Made by a program: the position numbers and the translations under genes
DNA from: Bacteroidia bacterium
GTDB lineage: Bacteria > Bacteroidota > Bacteroidia > NS11-12g > UBA955
Direction of reading: 5' to 3'
Length of the DNA stretch: 64,000 nt
Assembly: GCA_041391605.1 (NCBI GenBank)
Contig: JAWKNQ010000002.1
Location: forward strand, 85,417 to 149,416
Shown: one piece after another, positions 17,684 through 28,020 of the stretch
How the letters are laid out: each line of letters opens with the position of its first letter
Numbering within the stretch: the first letter of the stretch is position 1
The notes under the pieces: generated by a model
Told to the model about the DNA's origin: nothing
What the model saw: only the letters and a program-made list of their open reading frames with translations
The model's database searches: none

Positions 17684-20641
17684 TTAAGGAGCCTTTCCTA
17701 CTAGTTCCATATATTTATTCAAAAACTGTTCCGCATCCTTTGAACGTCCTGATTTTTGCAATTCTGTTCCTAAAATATAATAAGCTTGTGGGTTATTTGG
17801 ATCTAGTTGTATGGCCGCTTGCAAATTGTAATAGGCTGAGTCTGTTTCACCTAGAACTAATTGTGAACGAGCTAGTCCTAAATATCCATTTCCTACATTC
17901 CCATATGTCTTTAAGAATGCATTAAAATAATTCTTTGCTTCATATGCATTGTTACGCATGAGCATAATTTCACCCAAAAATAAGGGAGCTGAAGCATTTT
18001 TCTTGTAAGAGAAAGCTTTTGATAAATTATCAAATGCTTTATTCAGCATTTCTTTATCGGGGTTAGATTCATTGTTTTGGACTGATAATGAGTAATATAT
18101 CATTCCTAAACTTTGATATGCCTCGTAGTTCCCATCTCTTAAACTTATGGCTTTTTGGTACATAGCTATAGAACTATCGTATTTGCCACTGATTTTATAA
18201 GCATCTGCTAATCCTCTTGCATACTCTTCTTCTAATGGATTGTATTCAACTGCTTTTTTATAGAAATACACTGCTGAGTCTCCATTATTTGATTTTAAAT
18301 ATTTTCGTCCTAAATGGCTGTAATTGTTTGCGGATTTAACAACTGCTGCAACAGTTACTCCATCAACTTTAACTTCATGAATAGTGCCTTTAGGCGGCCA
18401 GTATCCGTCTAAAATTTGATTCTTTGATAAGGTTCTTGTTGTCCAAATTGCATATGACCAATCGTTGTCTGCCCATTCATATTCTCTTGTCCAAGCATAT
18501 TTAACATCTTTGCCTTTTGGGACATATGTCTTTAAGGATTCTTGTATGTTGTTACTGCTTACCTTTAAATCACCTTGAAGAACTTCTGGCTTATTTTCGA
18601 CTAACCATTCGAAAGCTTTTCGAGGACTTTGACTCCAATAATCCAATTCGTATTTTCCGTTAGCACCTTCAACACCTCCTGCAATTTCATTGAAATATAT
18701 GTACTGATATGGATGATTTAGTATGCTCCAAATACCTGGTTTAACAAAACTTAAACTGACTACCCCTAAAATAACGACTTGAACAGTTTTGTTTTTTATT
18801 GTTGATGACAACCAATACCATCCTAATATGGCAATTACTGCCAAAGACGGATAAATAAATATGAAGTGCCTCCAACCATTGTACACATAAGATTCTTTGT
18901 AAATTGCATAAGCTGCTGGGAAAATTGTAGCAAAAACAAGAATAAAAAACATTAATAATTCTAACTTTGGTTTCTTGAACCAACCTAATAGCATACCTAT
19001 GAAAAATCCTCCAATTATGGCTAATGGTGCTGTAAGTAAGATTAATTTAGGTTCGTAATACCAAGGTTTTTGAAATATTCTTACCCCTTCGAATAGTTCG
19101 TAATAGGTTAAAAATGAAAATTTTTCAAATTCTCTTAATGCAGTTAATGCCCCGGTTAATGGCTGCCTTAATGCATATGGCCACATCGCAATTCCAATTA
19201 AGTAACCTGCAATTGAAACAACCAATAATGTGATGAAATAAGGTTTTATTGTATCCATCAAATTACTTTTCTTTTTCTTGAAAAACAACCAATGTAAACC
19301 GATTGCCATTCCTAAAAACAAGAATAAAAGCAATCCACCCGCTCTAATGCTGATGGCAAAACCTATGGCAATTGCCAACATAACTTTCGTTTGATGTCTT
19401 GCATTTGGCAATTCTTTGAGTAGTTTCATAATGTAATACAAGGCCATTATATAACCAGCGGCGAAAGGAATATCTTTAGGATTGTTAAAGCAATGCCCAA
19501 AAAAAGATGGGGAGCAAACCAAAGCGATTAATGTAATAACTGCAGGCAACCATCCTGAAAATATCCGGACGCAAAGTGCGGCAAACAATATACAAAGAAA
19601 TCCTACCAAGGAGTTGATAAAATGTCGAACATGGAAATCGTTTTCTGCTCCAATCACACTATTGATTCCAGCAGATAAAACGTCAATACTCATCCCATAA
19701 AACACGTTTGTGTAATAATCTCGATGACCTGCTTTCTGGAAATCAAACATGGTAGTGTCATTGCCAAAACTCGTGTAATATTTCAAGACATCTTTTGAAA
19801 AAGTATTGTGATTTGGTTCATCCCATGTTACATTATAATCAAAGCTAATAATGCACATGGTCACCAAAAGAAGAAGTGCAGAAACTCCAAAAATTCGTTT
19901 ATAAATCGGATGGTTAATGTCTAGTTTGCTTTTTTCTTCTTTTTGTACTTCTGCTGCCTTGAAAAAACTGTTGATTATAGCTTGAACTCCCATTGGGAAA
20001 CTTTTCAAAAAGGCGCGAATCCCATCTCCAAAAACGAAATCATTTGCTTTGTATTCATATGGAACTTTTGTGCAGTTGCCATGTTTTTCTCCAAGGGCAG
20101 ATATTTGCCAAGCATTTGAAATGTTCTTTTCTAAAACGATATGGTTAAAGTCTTCTGGTGACAACAATACGGCTTCACATGATGATAAATTGCTATTCCC
20201 TCCAGTCATTAATTTTGGCCAGAAATTGGACCAATAACCAATGTATCTCTCGAAATATCCAAGTTTTACTGAGGGTCTGCCGTATGCTGCAACCATGTTG
20301 CTGCCTTTGTAAAATTTATTAGCTTGATTTGCCCATCTACAAATGGCTTCAGGCTCATTACTCAAAGGTAACTTAAGTGGCAAGATGTTTTTAACGTCAT
20401 CACCGAAATCTCCATTATCTACAAGTTTAATCTTACTTTCATGCTGTAAATCTTGAATTATTTTAGACTTTATATTTGCTGATGAAAAAAGTGCAAGTGG
20501 ATTATTAGATTTGAAGCATATTTCTGCTAAGTTTTTTAAATCTTCTTCCGATTGTTTACTGCCATTCGAACTAATAATATAAAGTGCTGTGTTCCCCCCA
20601 TTACTAGATATTTTATCACTATTGCTATGCTTACTTGCCAT
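17684..20641 (-). CDS. GT-C type (PMT/ArnT-like) membrane glycosyltransferase with C-terminal TPR repeats and an unknown N-terminal domain of about 250 aa
   Basis: About 10 or more hydrophobic helices in the middle third, with a WDEPNH loop motif after the first helix. The C-terminal about 230 aa are TPR-like (repeated AxxYYxxA/LGxxY). Confidence 0.6.
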   Translation of the reverse strand: MASKHSNSDKISSNGGNTALYIISSNGSKQSEEDLKNLAEICFKSNNPLALFSSANIKSKIIQDLQHESKIKLVDNGDFGDDVKNILPLKLPLSNEPEAICRWANQANKFYKGSNMVAAYGRPSVKLGYFERYIGYWSNFWPKLMTGGNSNLSSCEAVLLSPEDFNHIVLEKNISNAWQISALGEKHGNCTKVPYEYKANDFVFGDGIRAFLKSFPMGVQAIINSFFKAAEVQKEEKSKLDINHPIYKRIFGVSALLLLVTMCIISFDYNVTWDEPNHNTFSKDVLKYYTSFGNDTTMFDFQKAGHRDYYTNVFYGMSIDVLSAGINSVIGAENDFHVRHFINSLVGFLCILFAALCVRIFSGWLPAVITLIALVCSPSFFGHCFNNPKDIPFAAGYIMALYYIMKLLKELPNARHQTKVMLAIAIGFAISIRAGGLLLFLFLGMAIGLHWLFFKKKKSNLMDTIKPYFITLLVVSIAGYLIGIAMWPYALRQPLTGALTALREFEKFSFLTYYELFEGVRIFQKPWYYEPKLILLTAPLAIIGGFFIGMLLGWFKKPKLELLMFFILVFATIFPAAYAIYKESYVYNGWRHFIFIYPSLAVIAILGWYWLSSTIKNKTVQVVILGVVSLSFVKPGIWSILNHPYQYIYFNEIAGGVEGANGKYELDYWSQSPRKAFEWLVENKPEVLQGDLKVSSNNIQESLKTYVPKGKDVKYAWTREYEWADNDWSYAIWTTRTLSKNQILDGYWPPKGTIHEVKVDGVTVAAVVKSANNYSHLGRKYLKSNNGDSAVYFYKKAVEYNPLEEEYARGLADAYKISGKYDSSIAMYQKAISLRDGNYEAYQSLGMIYYSLSVQNNESNPDKEMLNKAFDNLSKAFSYKKNASAPLFLGEIMLMRNNAYEAKNYFNAFLKTYGNVGNGYLGLARSQLVLGETDSAYYNLQAAIQLDPNNPQAYYILGTELQKSGRSKDAEQFLNKYMELVGKAP

Positions 20642-20804
20642 TGTCGATTGTATATTGACTTAAAATCGGAAAATTATACCAAATTCTACGAATATCCAAA
20701 TTGCTGCAAATTGACTATACTTGCAATTAAATCAAGGAGAAAATATACGGATGTAATTTGAATTCAAAGTCAATTCAACTACATAGCTCATATTGCCTAG
20801 CAAA

Positions 20805-21878
20805 ATGAAAAAGAAAATAAAAGTTGCCATAGAATTAACCTTGAATAAAATGCCTGAACCAATGCTTAGGTTTATGTCGCATCTGTTTTCATTTCTAAAG
20901 CGCATTTTATCCTTGATTTATAAGAAGAGTGGAACTGGAGTTCTTGGAATCAAATTATGTGATTTTATTATCACTCGATGCAATGGTAATCGATTTATTG
21001 AGTTTGAATTGAGTAATATTTGCAATGCTCAATGCGTGTTTTGCCCATATCCTGACATGTTAAGAACGGATAAGAAGTTTATGAACATGAGCTCTGAAGT
21101 TTTGGATAATGTGTTATCAAAAATCAAGTACTTTAATTCAACTTTAGTGAGTTTTACCCCAACAACTGGAGATACTCTTTTACATCCTGAATGGAATTTG
21201 TATATTTTGAAAGTTTTACAAGAAAAACAAGTGGCAGGTGGGACCATGTTTACTAATGCAATTAAATTAGATGAGGAGAATAGAACTAAATTCATGGAAA
21301 TAATAAACTCTAAAAATGGACACAAACTATCTGAGCTATATTTTTCTGTTGGAGGCCTAGATAAAACGACATACCAATCATTGTACAAGGTGGATCGATT
21401 TGATTTAGTAGTCAATAATATTCAGGAATTATTAAAATTATTAAAGCAAAATAATCAAACAACTGGAGTTCATATTCATGTTAAACTTTTAAAAGATAGT
21501 AAATTTAACTTGCAAGAAGCTCTGAAAATTTTCAATCCTTTTTCTTATCCATTTGTTTATTTTTCACATTCAAATTTATATTACAGCAATGATCAATACA
21601 CAAGGAATGCACTAATAGAATATTTGGATGAACCCTTTAACCAGAAACACAAAGCATGTGCTTATTTACAAAAAACACGATTTGCAGCAGATGGAAGTGT
21701 TTGGGCTGATGGATGTGTAATTTCAGAAATGCCCAATGATACTTCTTTAAAATTAGGTGAAATTGATGAAGAGTGGAGTAAAATTGAAGATGAAAGAAAT
21801 CGAATAATAGGAAGTTGGGAGCAAAATCAAGAGATTCCTCTGCCATGTCAGGGTTGTACGGTGTACAGACCAAGATAA
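20805..21878 (+). CDS. radical SAM protein with Cys-rich (SPASM/twitch-like) C-terminus
   Basis: CNAQCVFC (CX3CX2C) cluster motif. The C-terminal cysteines are C...GSVWADGC...CQGC. I prefer the ATG at 20805 to the TTG at 20793. Confidence 0.7.
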   Translation: MKKKIKVAIELTLNKMPEPMLRFMSHLFSFLKRILSLIYKKSGTGVLGIKLCDFIITRCNGNRFIEFELSNICNAQCVFCPYPDMLRTDKKFMNMSSEVLDNVLSKIKYFNSTLVSFTPTTGDTLLHPEWNLYILKVLQEKQVAGGTMFTNAIKLDEENRTKFMEIINSKNGHKLSELYFSVGGLDKTTYQSLYKVDRFDLVVNNIQELLKLLKQNNQTTGVHIHVKLLKDSKFNLQEALKIFNPFSYPFVYFSHSNLYYSNDQYTRNALIEYLDEPFNQKHKACAYLQKTRFAADGSVWADGCVISEMPNDTSLKLGEIDEEWSKIEDERNRIIGSWEQNQEIPLPCQGCTVYRPR

Positions 21879-21879
21879 T

Positions 21880-22467
21880 TTAAAGTAATTTTAAAGCTTG
21901 TTTGATGATTTCTTCTACTGAAAGTGAGGGTGTATGTCCACTTATCTTCTGAATAACTTTGTCGGCTGCATTTCGCTGGAAACCAAGTGCTTGAAGGGCA
22001 AGTAATGCTTCGCTATTTTGAGAACTGCCCAGTTGTATATCGGATTCATTCTCACCACTTCCTGAAATTTTCCCAACTTTATCTTGTAGCTCCATGATGA
22101 TTCTTTGAGCAGTTTTAGGTCCAACTCCCTTTACCGACTTCATCATGGCCACATTTCCGGTACTAATTGCACTGATTATTGTAGAAGGTGTTTGCCCGCT
22201 AAGTATCATACGAGCAGTGTTTGCTCCTACACCGTTTACTAATATGAGCTGTCGAAACAATTGCCTTTCAATTTCATCAAAGAATCCGAAAATTGAGTGT
22301 GAATCTTCTTTAATTGATAAATGGGTTAAAATTCTAACTTTCTTAAGCGTTTTTATTTTTTCAAACGTATTAATACTAATTAAAAGGTGATAACCAATTC
22401 CATTCACATTAATGATAACGAATGCTGGATTTGCATGTTCGACGCTACCTTCAATAAATTCGTACAT
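21880..22467 (-). CDS. ruvA: Holliday junction branch migration complex subunit RuvA
   Basis: MYEFIEGxV...VNGIGY start, HhH motifs (VNGVGANTA, VKGVGPKTAQRI) and a C-terminal domain III. Confidence 0.9.
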   Translation of the reverse strand: MYEFIEGSVEHANPAFVIINVNGIGYHLLISINTFEKIKTLKKVRILTHLSIKEDSHSIFGFFDEIERQLFRQLILVNGVGANTARMILSGQTPSTIISAISTGNVAMMKSVKGVGPKTAQRIIMELQDKVGKISGSGENESDIQLGSSQNSEALLALQALGFQRNAADKVIQKISGHTPSLSVEEIIKQALKLL

Positions 22468-22471
22468 GAAG

Positions 22472-23554
22472 TTAAGATTGTGTTAGAATTTCAGACTCAT
22501 TCACAACAGTTACCCATCCAAATGGGTCAGTTTGAACTAAGGTTTTATAATCTGTTAACGTATTTAGGATTTCAGCACTTAAAAGGGGTTCATTTAAGTC
22601 AAGATTAAATGCTTTGTCTTTATAGCTAAACATCTGAATATTTGTAACAGTAGCAGCTGTTCCAGACACAAACATCTCTTTTACTTTTCCAGATTCGTGC
22701 CAATTGATTAAATTTTCAACACTTATTTTGGTTTCAATTACATTTTTCCCTGTTTTTCTTAAAAGTTGAATAATGGTATCTCTTGTTATTCCAGCTAATA
22801 GAGTATCGCTTAATTCTGGAGTGTAAATAGCATCATCACAAACAATAAAAACATTACTTGTGCCTGTTTCTTCCAGGTAGTTATGTGTTTCACAATCTGT
22901 CCATAATACTTGATCAAAACCTTGCAATCTTGCCATTTTTGCGGGATACATTGAAGCAGCATAATTACCGGCACACTTTGCATAACCAACCCCACCCTTA
23001 GCGGCTCTAGTGTATTTTTCTTCAATTCTAACCTTTAATGGGTTGTTGTAATAAGAACTAACTGGACAGGCATATATCATAAATGAATAATTGTCGCTAG
23101 GTTTTACTCCAAGAAAGTCATCTGTTGCAAACATAAATGGACGAAGATACAATGAACTTCCTCTTATTGCTGGAATCCAATCTTTATCTAATGTTAAGAG
23201 TTTTTCTAGGGCGGAAAAGAAGACTTCTTCAGGAAGTGCTGGCATGCACATTCTTTCAGCTGATCTATTTAATCTCGCTAAATTTTCTTTTGCTCGGAAA
23301 AGTGTAACAACTCCATCGCTATTTTTAAAAGCTTTCATACCCTCAAAAATGGATTGGCCGTAATGCAATGCAGATACTGAAGGACTTAAAGGGATTTTTC
23401 CAAAAGGTTGAATCCTAAAGTTCTGCCATGTATTGTCTATAAAATCACAAGCAAACATATGGTCTGTGAAGGTTCTGCCAAACACAATGTTTTCTGGATC
23501 AAATGAAGAAATTTTCGATTCTTCTACTAATTTTGTCGTAATTTTGAGGCTCAT
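22472..23554 (-). CDS. ilvE: branched-chain amino acid aminotransferase
   Basis: 360 aa, fold-type IV aminotransferase blocks (LHYGQSIFEGMKAF, GGVGxAKxxGNYAAS, EETGTSNVF). Confidence 0.9.
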   Translation of the reverse strand: MSLKITTKLVEESKISSFDPENIVFGRTFTDHMFACDFIDNTWQNFRIQPFGKIPLSPSVSALHYGQSIFEGMKAFKNSDGVVTLFRAKENLARLNRSAERMCMPALPEEVFFSALEKLLTLDKDWIPAIRGSSLYLRPFMFATDDFLGVKPSDNYSFMIYACPVSSYYNNPLKVRIEEKYTRAAKGGVGYAKCAGNYAASMYPAKMARLQGFDQVLWTDCETHNYLEETGTSNVFIVCDDAIYTPELSDTLLAGITRDTIIQLLRKTGKNVIETKISVENLINWHESGKVKEMFVSGTAATVTNIQMFSYKDKAFNLDLNEPLLSAEILNTLTDYKTLVQTDPFGWVTVVNESEILTQS

Positions 23555-23578
23555 TTGATTGCAAATTAAACAAATTCT

Positions 23579-24084
23579 ATGAATGATAACCTAATTATAC
23601 CTGAAAATAATCCAGAAGACATCAATATGTTTTATGGGGATGAATTGTATTTAATAGAGGAATCCCAATGGTATGAAGATATTCCATCAGAAGGCGGGAA
23701 TAAATACAGGTTTCTAAATATTGTTTCGCATAGTGATTCAGAAATAATTCCAGAGAAGCATAGAGATATGTTTTTTAGAATGATAAATGCTATACAGACG
23801 GATCGAATCAAAATGGATGCAGACGGTTTTGCTGTTATAAATGTGCAAAATTACCGAGGATTAAAATGGAATAATATTGAAAAAAATTTTAGTCCAAAGT
23901 ATTGTGTGTTTTGGGTGTTGATCCGCATAAAATGGATATTCCATGCAAATTAAATGGAGGATATAAAAAGAATGATTGCAAGATTATTTACATCAATTCT
24001 ATGGATGTAGTTTTCCAAAATAAAGAATTAAAGAAAATGCTGTGGGATTATCTTCAACGGATGTTCAAAATGCACAAAAAGTAG
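23579..24084 (+). pseudogene. hypothetical protein, frameshifted at the T-run 23909-23912
   Basis: ORFs 23579-23953 and 23902-24084 join as ...KYCVF(L)GVDPHKMDI... if the T4 run is read as T5. Confidence 0.45.
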
Positions 24085-24085
24085 A

Positions 24086-24667
24086 ATGAAGAAAATAGTT
24101 TTTGCATCTTCAAATCCAGGTAAAATAGAAGAGATAAGAAGCATTTTAGGAAAATCTTACCAAGTATTAGGACTAAAAGACATTAATTTTAATGAGGAGA
24201 TTATCGAAAATGGATCCACGTTTGAAGAAAATGCTCAAATAAAGGCAGATCGAATATTTGAGTATACGGGTTTGCCTTGTTTTGCAGATGATAGCGGCTT
24301 AGAGGTCAATTGTTTAAATAATGCTCCAAGTATATACAGTGCAAGGTTTGCTGGAGAGCCTTCTGATTCAAAGAAAAACAATGTTCTTTTGCTTGAAAAG
24401 ATGAAGGGAGAAATTGATCGTTCAGCTCAATTTGTTTGTGTGATTTGCCTAAAGACAAAAGATAATACTCTATTTTTTAAAGGAATTGTAGAGGGGGAAA
24501 TTGCTGAGTCAATGAGCGGTAAGGAGGGTTTTGGTTACGATCCATTATTTATTCCCAGATCCTATACTCAAACATTTGCAGACTTAGGTAAGGAAGTGAA
24601 GAATAAAATCAGTCATAGAAAAGTGGCTTTGAACAAACTACAGACTGCCATAGATACAATACTTTAA
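24086..24667 (+). CDS. rdgB: RdgB/HAM1 family non-canonical purine NTP pyrophosphatase
   Basis: FASSNPGKIEE, ADDSGLEV and FGYDPLF motifs. Confidence 0.9.
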   Translation: MKKIVFASSNPGKIEEIRSILGKSYQVLGLKDINFNEEIIENGSTFEENAQIKADRIFEYTGLPCFADDSGLEVNCLNNAPSIYSARFAGEPSDSKKNNVLLLEKMKGEIDRSAQFVCVICLKTKDNTLFFKGIVEGEIAESMSGKEGFGYDPLFIPRSYTQTFADLGKEVKNKISHRKVALNKLQTAIDTIL

Positions 24668-25847
24668 TGAATGATGCTGTGCAAATAGACGATTATGATT
24701 ACAATTTACCTCTTGAATTGATTGCTCAAACTGCTTTAGAGCCTAGAGATAGTAGTAAATTATTGGTTTACAATAAAGGCGAAATTACAGATGGAGTGTT
24801 TTCGAATTTACAAAATTTTTTACCCAAAGACTCAAGTTTGTTTTTCAATGATGCCAAAGTTATACCCGCACGCATATTCGCCAAGAATTCAAATGGAGCT
24901 AAAATCGAAATTTTTCTATTAAAACCACATTTAGAGGAACACCTTTCAGCACTGAATCGGAGGGAAGAGGGGAAGTGGGAATGTCTGATAGGCAACTCGA
25001 AAAAATGGAAAACAAGTGAGATTTTAACACTAGATATACAAGGAACTAACCTAAATTTTGAACGAATAAATGAATCAGTCGTGCATTTTAAGTGGAATGG
25101 AAATCTTACATTCGTTGAATTAATCGAAATAATAGGTAGCATGCCTTTGCCTCCCTATATCAAGCACCTTGCCACAGAGATTGATTCAAAAAGATACCAA
25201 ACTGTATATTCGAGAATCGAAGGTTCAGTTGCAGCACCTACTGCAGGTTTGCATTTTACCGAAACAACTTTAAGTGCCTTGAAATCAGCAAATCACACAA
25301 TTGATTATTTGACTTTACATGTTGGGGCTGGTACTTTTATGCCAGTAAAAGTGGAGAATGCTCTGGAACACCCAATGCATACTGAAATTTTTTCTATAGA
25401 TAAAGATAGTATTGAACATTTGTTCGAACAGAATTATATTGTGGCAGTTGGGACAACCACATGTCGAGTGCTTGAAAGTTTGTATTGGTATTCGATAGGG
25501 ATAAATCATTCAATTGAACCTATTGGTCACATTACTCAATTTGTATACAAAGAATTAGACGCTTCAAATCTGCCAACTAGAAAGGAATCAGTCAAAATTT
25601 TGTTGGAATATATGGAGAAAAATAATTTAAACTCTATTCAAGGCGAAACTTCAATCATGATTGTTCCTGGGTATAAATTTAGGATGATTGACGGCATGAT
25701 TACCAACTTTCACCAACTTCAAAATCAACTCTCTTATTGTTGATTTCTGCCTTTATAGGGGAAAATTGGAAAAAAGTATATCAACACGCAGTTGATTCGC
25801 AATACAGGTTTTTAAGTTATGGCGATTCGTCTTTACTATTGCCGTAA
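24667..25847 (+). pseudogene. queA: tRNA preQ1(34) S-adenosylmethionine ribosyltransferase-isomerase QueA, frameshifted near the 3' end (A-run 25721-25724)
   Basis: QueA blocks (YDYxLPxELIAQ, PLPPYI, YQTVY, APTAGLHFT, VGTTxxRxLES). After ITNFHQ the conserved tail [11 protein letters not shown]...[12 protein letters not shown] continues in another frame up to the TAA at 25845-25847. Confidence 0.85.
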
Positions 25848-25859
25848 AGATTTTTTTTT
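25830..25859 (+). terminator. intrinsic terminator after queA
   Basis: Stem tctttac/gtaaaga with a 7-nt loop, followed by T9. It encloses the stop codon of the restored queA reading frame. Confidence 0.6.
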
Positions 25860-25877
25860 AAACGGGTAATTTTCTTT

Positions 25878-25885
25878 TATTTTTG
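25878..25885 (+). promoter_or_regulatory. -7 box (TAttTTTG) upstream of the ompH-ompH-murI cluster
   Basis: Exact TAnnTTTG match, 57 nt upstream of the ATG at 25943. Confidence 0.4.
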
Positions 25886-25942
25886 CACGCTTATAACATT
25901 TTTGGCACGTTATTCGTTTAATAATTAAAAAACAAACAAATC

Positions 25943-26476
25943 ATGCATTCAAAATATTTAATTTTAACATTGCTTTTAGGTGTATTTGCTTTTGGGGCAA
26001 AGGCTCAGAAGTTCGGATATGTAGATACAGATTATATACTTGGTCAGATGACAGAATATAAAGCGGCACAGACGCAATTAAATGAATTGTCAGATAAATG
26101 GGAAAATGATCTAACTATAATGCGTGAAGAGATTGACAAAATGTACAAAGACTACAAATCTGAAGAAATTTTGCTTAGTGCAACTCAGAAAAAAGAAAGA
26201 GAAGATGCCATAGTAGCAAAAGAGGATTTGATGAAAAAGTATGAGCAAGAGAAGTTTGGTGTTAATGGAGATTTGTTCAAGAAACGCCAAGAATTAATCA
26301 AACCTATACAAGATAAGGTGTTTGCCGCTATACAAAGAGTAGCAAAAAATAATGGGCTGGATTTTATTTTCGATAAGTCCGCCAATATGAACATATTATA
26401 CAGTAATCCAAAATACGACAGAAGTGATGACGTCCTTGATGAATTAGGCGTTACACCAATTGATACAGATAAATAA
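25943..26476 (+). CDS. OmpH/Skp family periplasmic chaperone
   Basis: Signal peptide, QKFGYVD start, and long coiled-coil K/E-rich arms. Confidence 0.8.
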   Translation: MHSKYLILTLLLGVFAFGAKAQKFGYVDTDYILGQMTEYKAAQTQLNELSDKWENDLTIMREEIDKMYKDYKSEEILLSATQKKEREDAIVAKEDLMKKYEQEKFGVNGDLFKKRQELIKPIQDKVFAAIQRVAKNNGLDFIFDKSANMNILYSNPKYDRSDDVLDELGVTPIDTDK

Positions 26477-26491
26477 ACCAATAAAACCACA

Positions 26492-27070
26492 ATGAATAAA
26501 TCCATTTTTATCGCAGCACTTTCGATGTTGTGTTTCAGTTTCCCAAGTGCAGCAAATGCTCAAAAGGTAGGGCATGTAAATTTTCAAAGTATTGTTCAAG
26601 CATTGCCAGAATACAAAACAGCAGATACTGAGTATCAAGTATATTCTCAAACATTAGAAGATGATTTGAAGTTTATCGAGTCTGAGTACACTTCTAGTTT
26701 AGAAAAATTAAATGAAGAGCAAAGTAAACCTGTTCCTAATGCAACAAAAATCAAGATTCATACTGCTACAGTTCAAAAATTGCAAATGGACTACCAAGAA
26801 ACTCAACAAATCAACCAAGAGAAGTTGAGAGAGAAGTTAGCTGAATTAACTCAACCTTTAACAGAAAAGGTTTCAAATGCTGTTTCTGAAGTTGCTAAAG
26901 AAAAAGGGTATACACATGTGATTGATAACAGTTACGGAACTCTTATTTACGCAGACGACGCTCATAATTTAGACAAAGCTGTTAAGGCTAAATTGAAAAT
27001 TGTTGACACACCTGCTGTAAATCCTGGCGCAGGAAAAGCTGGAACTACTACTCCAGGTACATCTAAATAA
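26492..27070 (+). CDS. OmpH/Skp family periplasmic chaperone (second copy)
   Basis: Signal peptide, QKVGHVNFQ start and a coiled-coil body. It is a tandem paralogue of the previous gene. Confidence 0.8.
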   Translation: MNKSIFIAALSMLCFSFPSAANAQKVGHVNFQSIVQALPEYKTADTEYQVYSQTLEDDLKFIESEYTSSLEKLNEEQSKPVPNATKIKIHTATVQKLQMDYQETQQINQEKLREKLAELTQPLTEKVSNAVSEVAKEKGYTHVIDNSYGTLIYADDAHNLDKAVKAKLKIVDTPAVNPGAGKAGTTTPGTSK

Positions 27071-27071
27071 A

Positions 27072-27902
27072 TTGTCGAAGAAAAAATTCGATCCCAAGGC
27101 TTCGCATCCGATCGGAATTTTTGATTCTGGGGTTGGAGGATTAACGGTGGCAAAGGCTATTCATGAGCTTATGCCAAGTGAAGACATTGTTTATTTTGGA
27201 GACACTGCTCATATGCCATACGGGGAAAAATCTCCTCATGCAATTCAATCATACTCGGTAAAAATTACCGAATTTTTAATCAAGCAACCATGTAAGTTAA
27301 TTGTGATAGCTTGTAATTCAGCTTCTGCTACTGCCTTCAAACAGGTGCAGAAATTATTTCCAGACAAACAGTTTGTGATCAATGTTATAGATCCTGTTGT
27401 TGATCATATAGTGAGTGAGGCCAATGTTAAAACGATAGGTTTAATTGGAACTAAGCGAACTGTAAGCAGCGCTGTATATAAGAAAAAATTTGAGAAAGCA
27501 GATTCAAGTTTAACCATCAAATCGATAGCGACACCTTTATTGGCTCCTATGATTGAGGAAGGATTCTTTAACAATAAAATCTCAAAAACTATCGTGCATT
27601 CTTACTTAAGCAATCCACATTTAAAGCAAATTGAATGCTTGATTTTGGCATGCACACATTATCCATTAATCATTGATGAAATTACCTCTTTTTATAAAGG
27701 GAAAGTAAATATTATCAATTCAGCAGAAATTGTCTCTTTGGAGGTAAAAAAGTTTTTGGAAATTCGAAACTTAATAAAGCTTAAAGAACAAAATTCTCAA
27801 CTCAAGTTTTTTGTTTCAGATTACACAGATTCTTTTCAGGAAACTGCAAAAATATTCTTTGGGGAAAAAGTTAAACTTAAGGAATTTAATCTCTGGAATT
27901 AA
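27072..27902 (+). CDS. murI: glutamate racemase
   Basis: IGIFDSGVGGLTV, CNSAS and ACTHYP catalytic blocks. It has a TTG start directly after the upstream stop. Confidence 0.9.
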   Translation: MSKKKFDPKASHPIGIFDSGVGGLTVAKAIHELMPSEDIVYFGDTAHMPYGEKSPHAIQSYSVKITEFLIKQPCKLIVIACNSASATAFKQVQKLFPDKQFVINVIDPVVDHIVSEANVKTIGLIGTKRTVSSAVYKKKFEKADSSLTIKSIATPLLAPMIEEGFFNNKISKTIVHSYLSNPHLKQIECLILACTHYPLIIDEITSFYKGKVNIINSAEIVSLEVKKFLEIRNLIKLKEQNSQLKFFVSDYTDSFQETAKIFFGEKVKLKEFNLWN

Positions 27903-27994
27903 ATATTCTAAAGGCTAAAGTGTAGCAATAATGGGGATGGAATAGCAGTTTGTTTTATTCTCTTCTCAGCATTGAAAGTGTCAGTAAATTAATG

Positions 27995-28002
27995 TAAATT
28001 TG
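27995..28002 (+). promoter_or_regulatory. -7 box (TAaaTTTG) upstream of aconitase
   Basis: Exact match, 18 nt before the ATG at 28021. This argues against the TTG start at 28000 given in the ORF track. Confidence 0.45.
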
Positions 28003-28020
28003 CGGCTCATTAAAATAACT

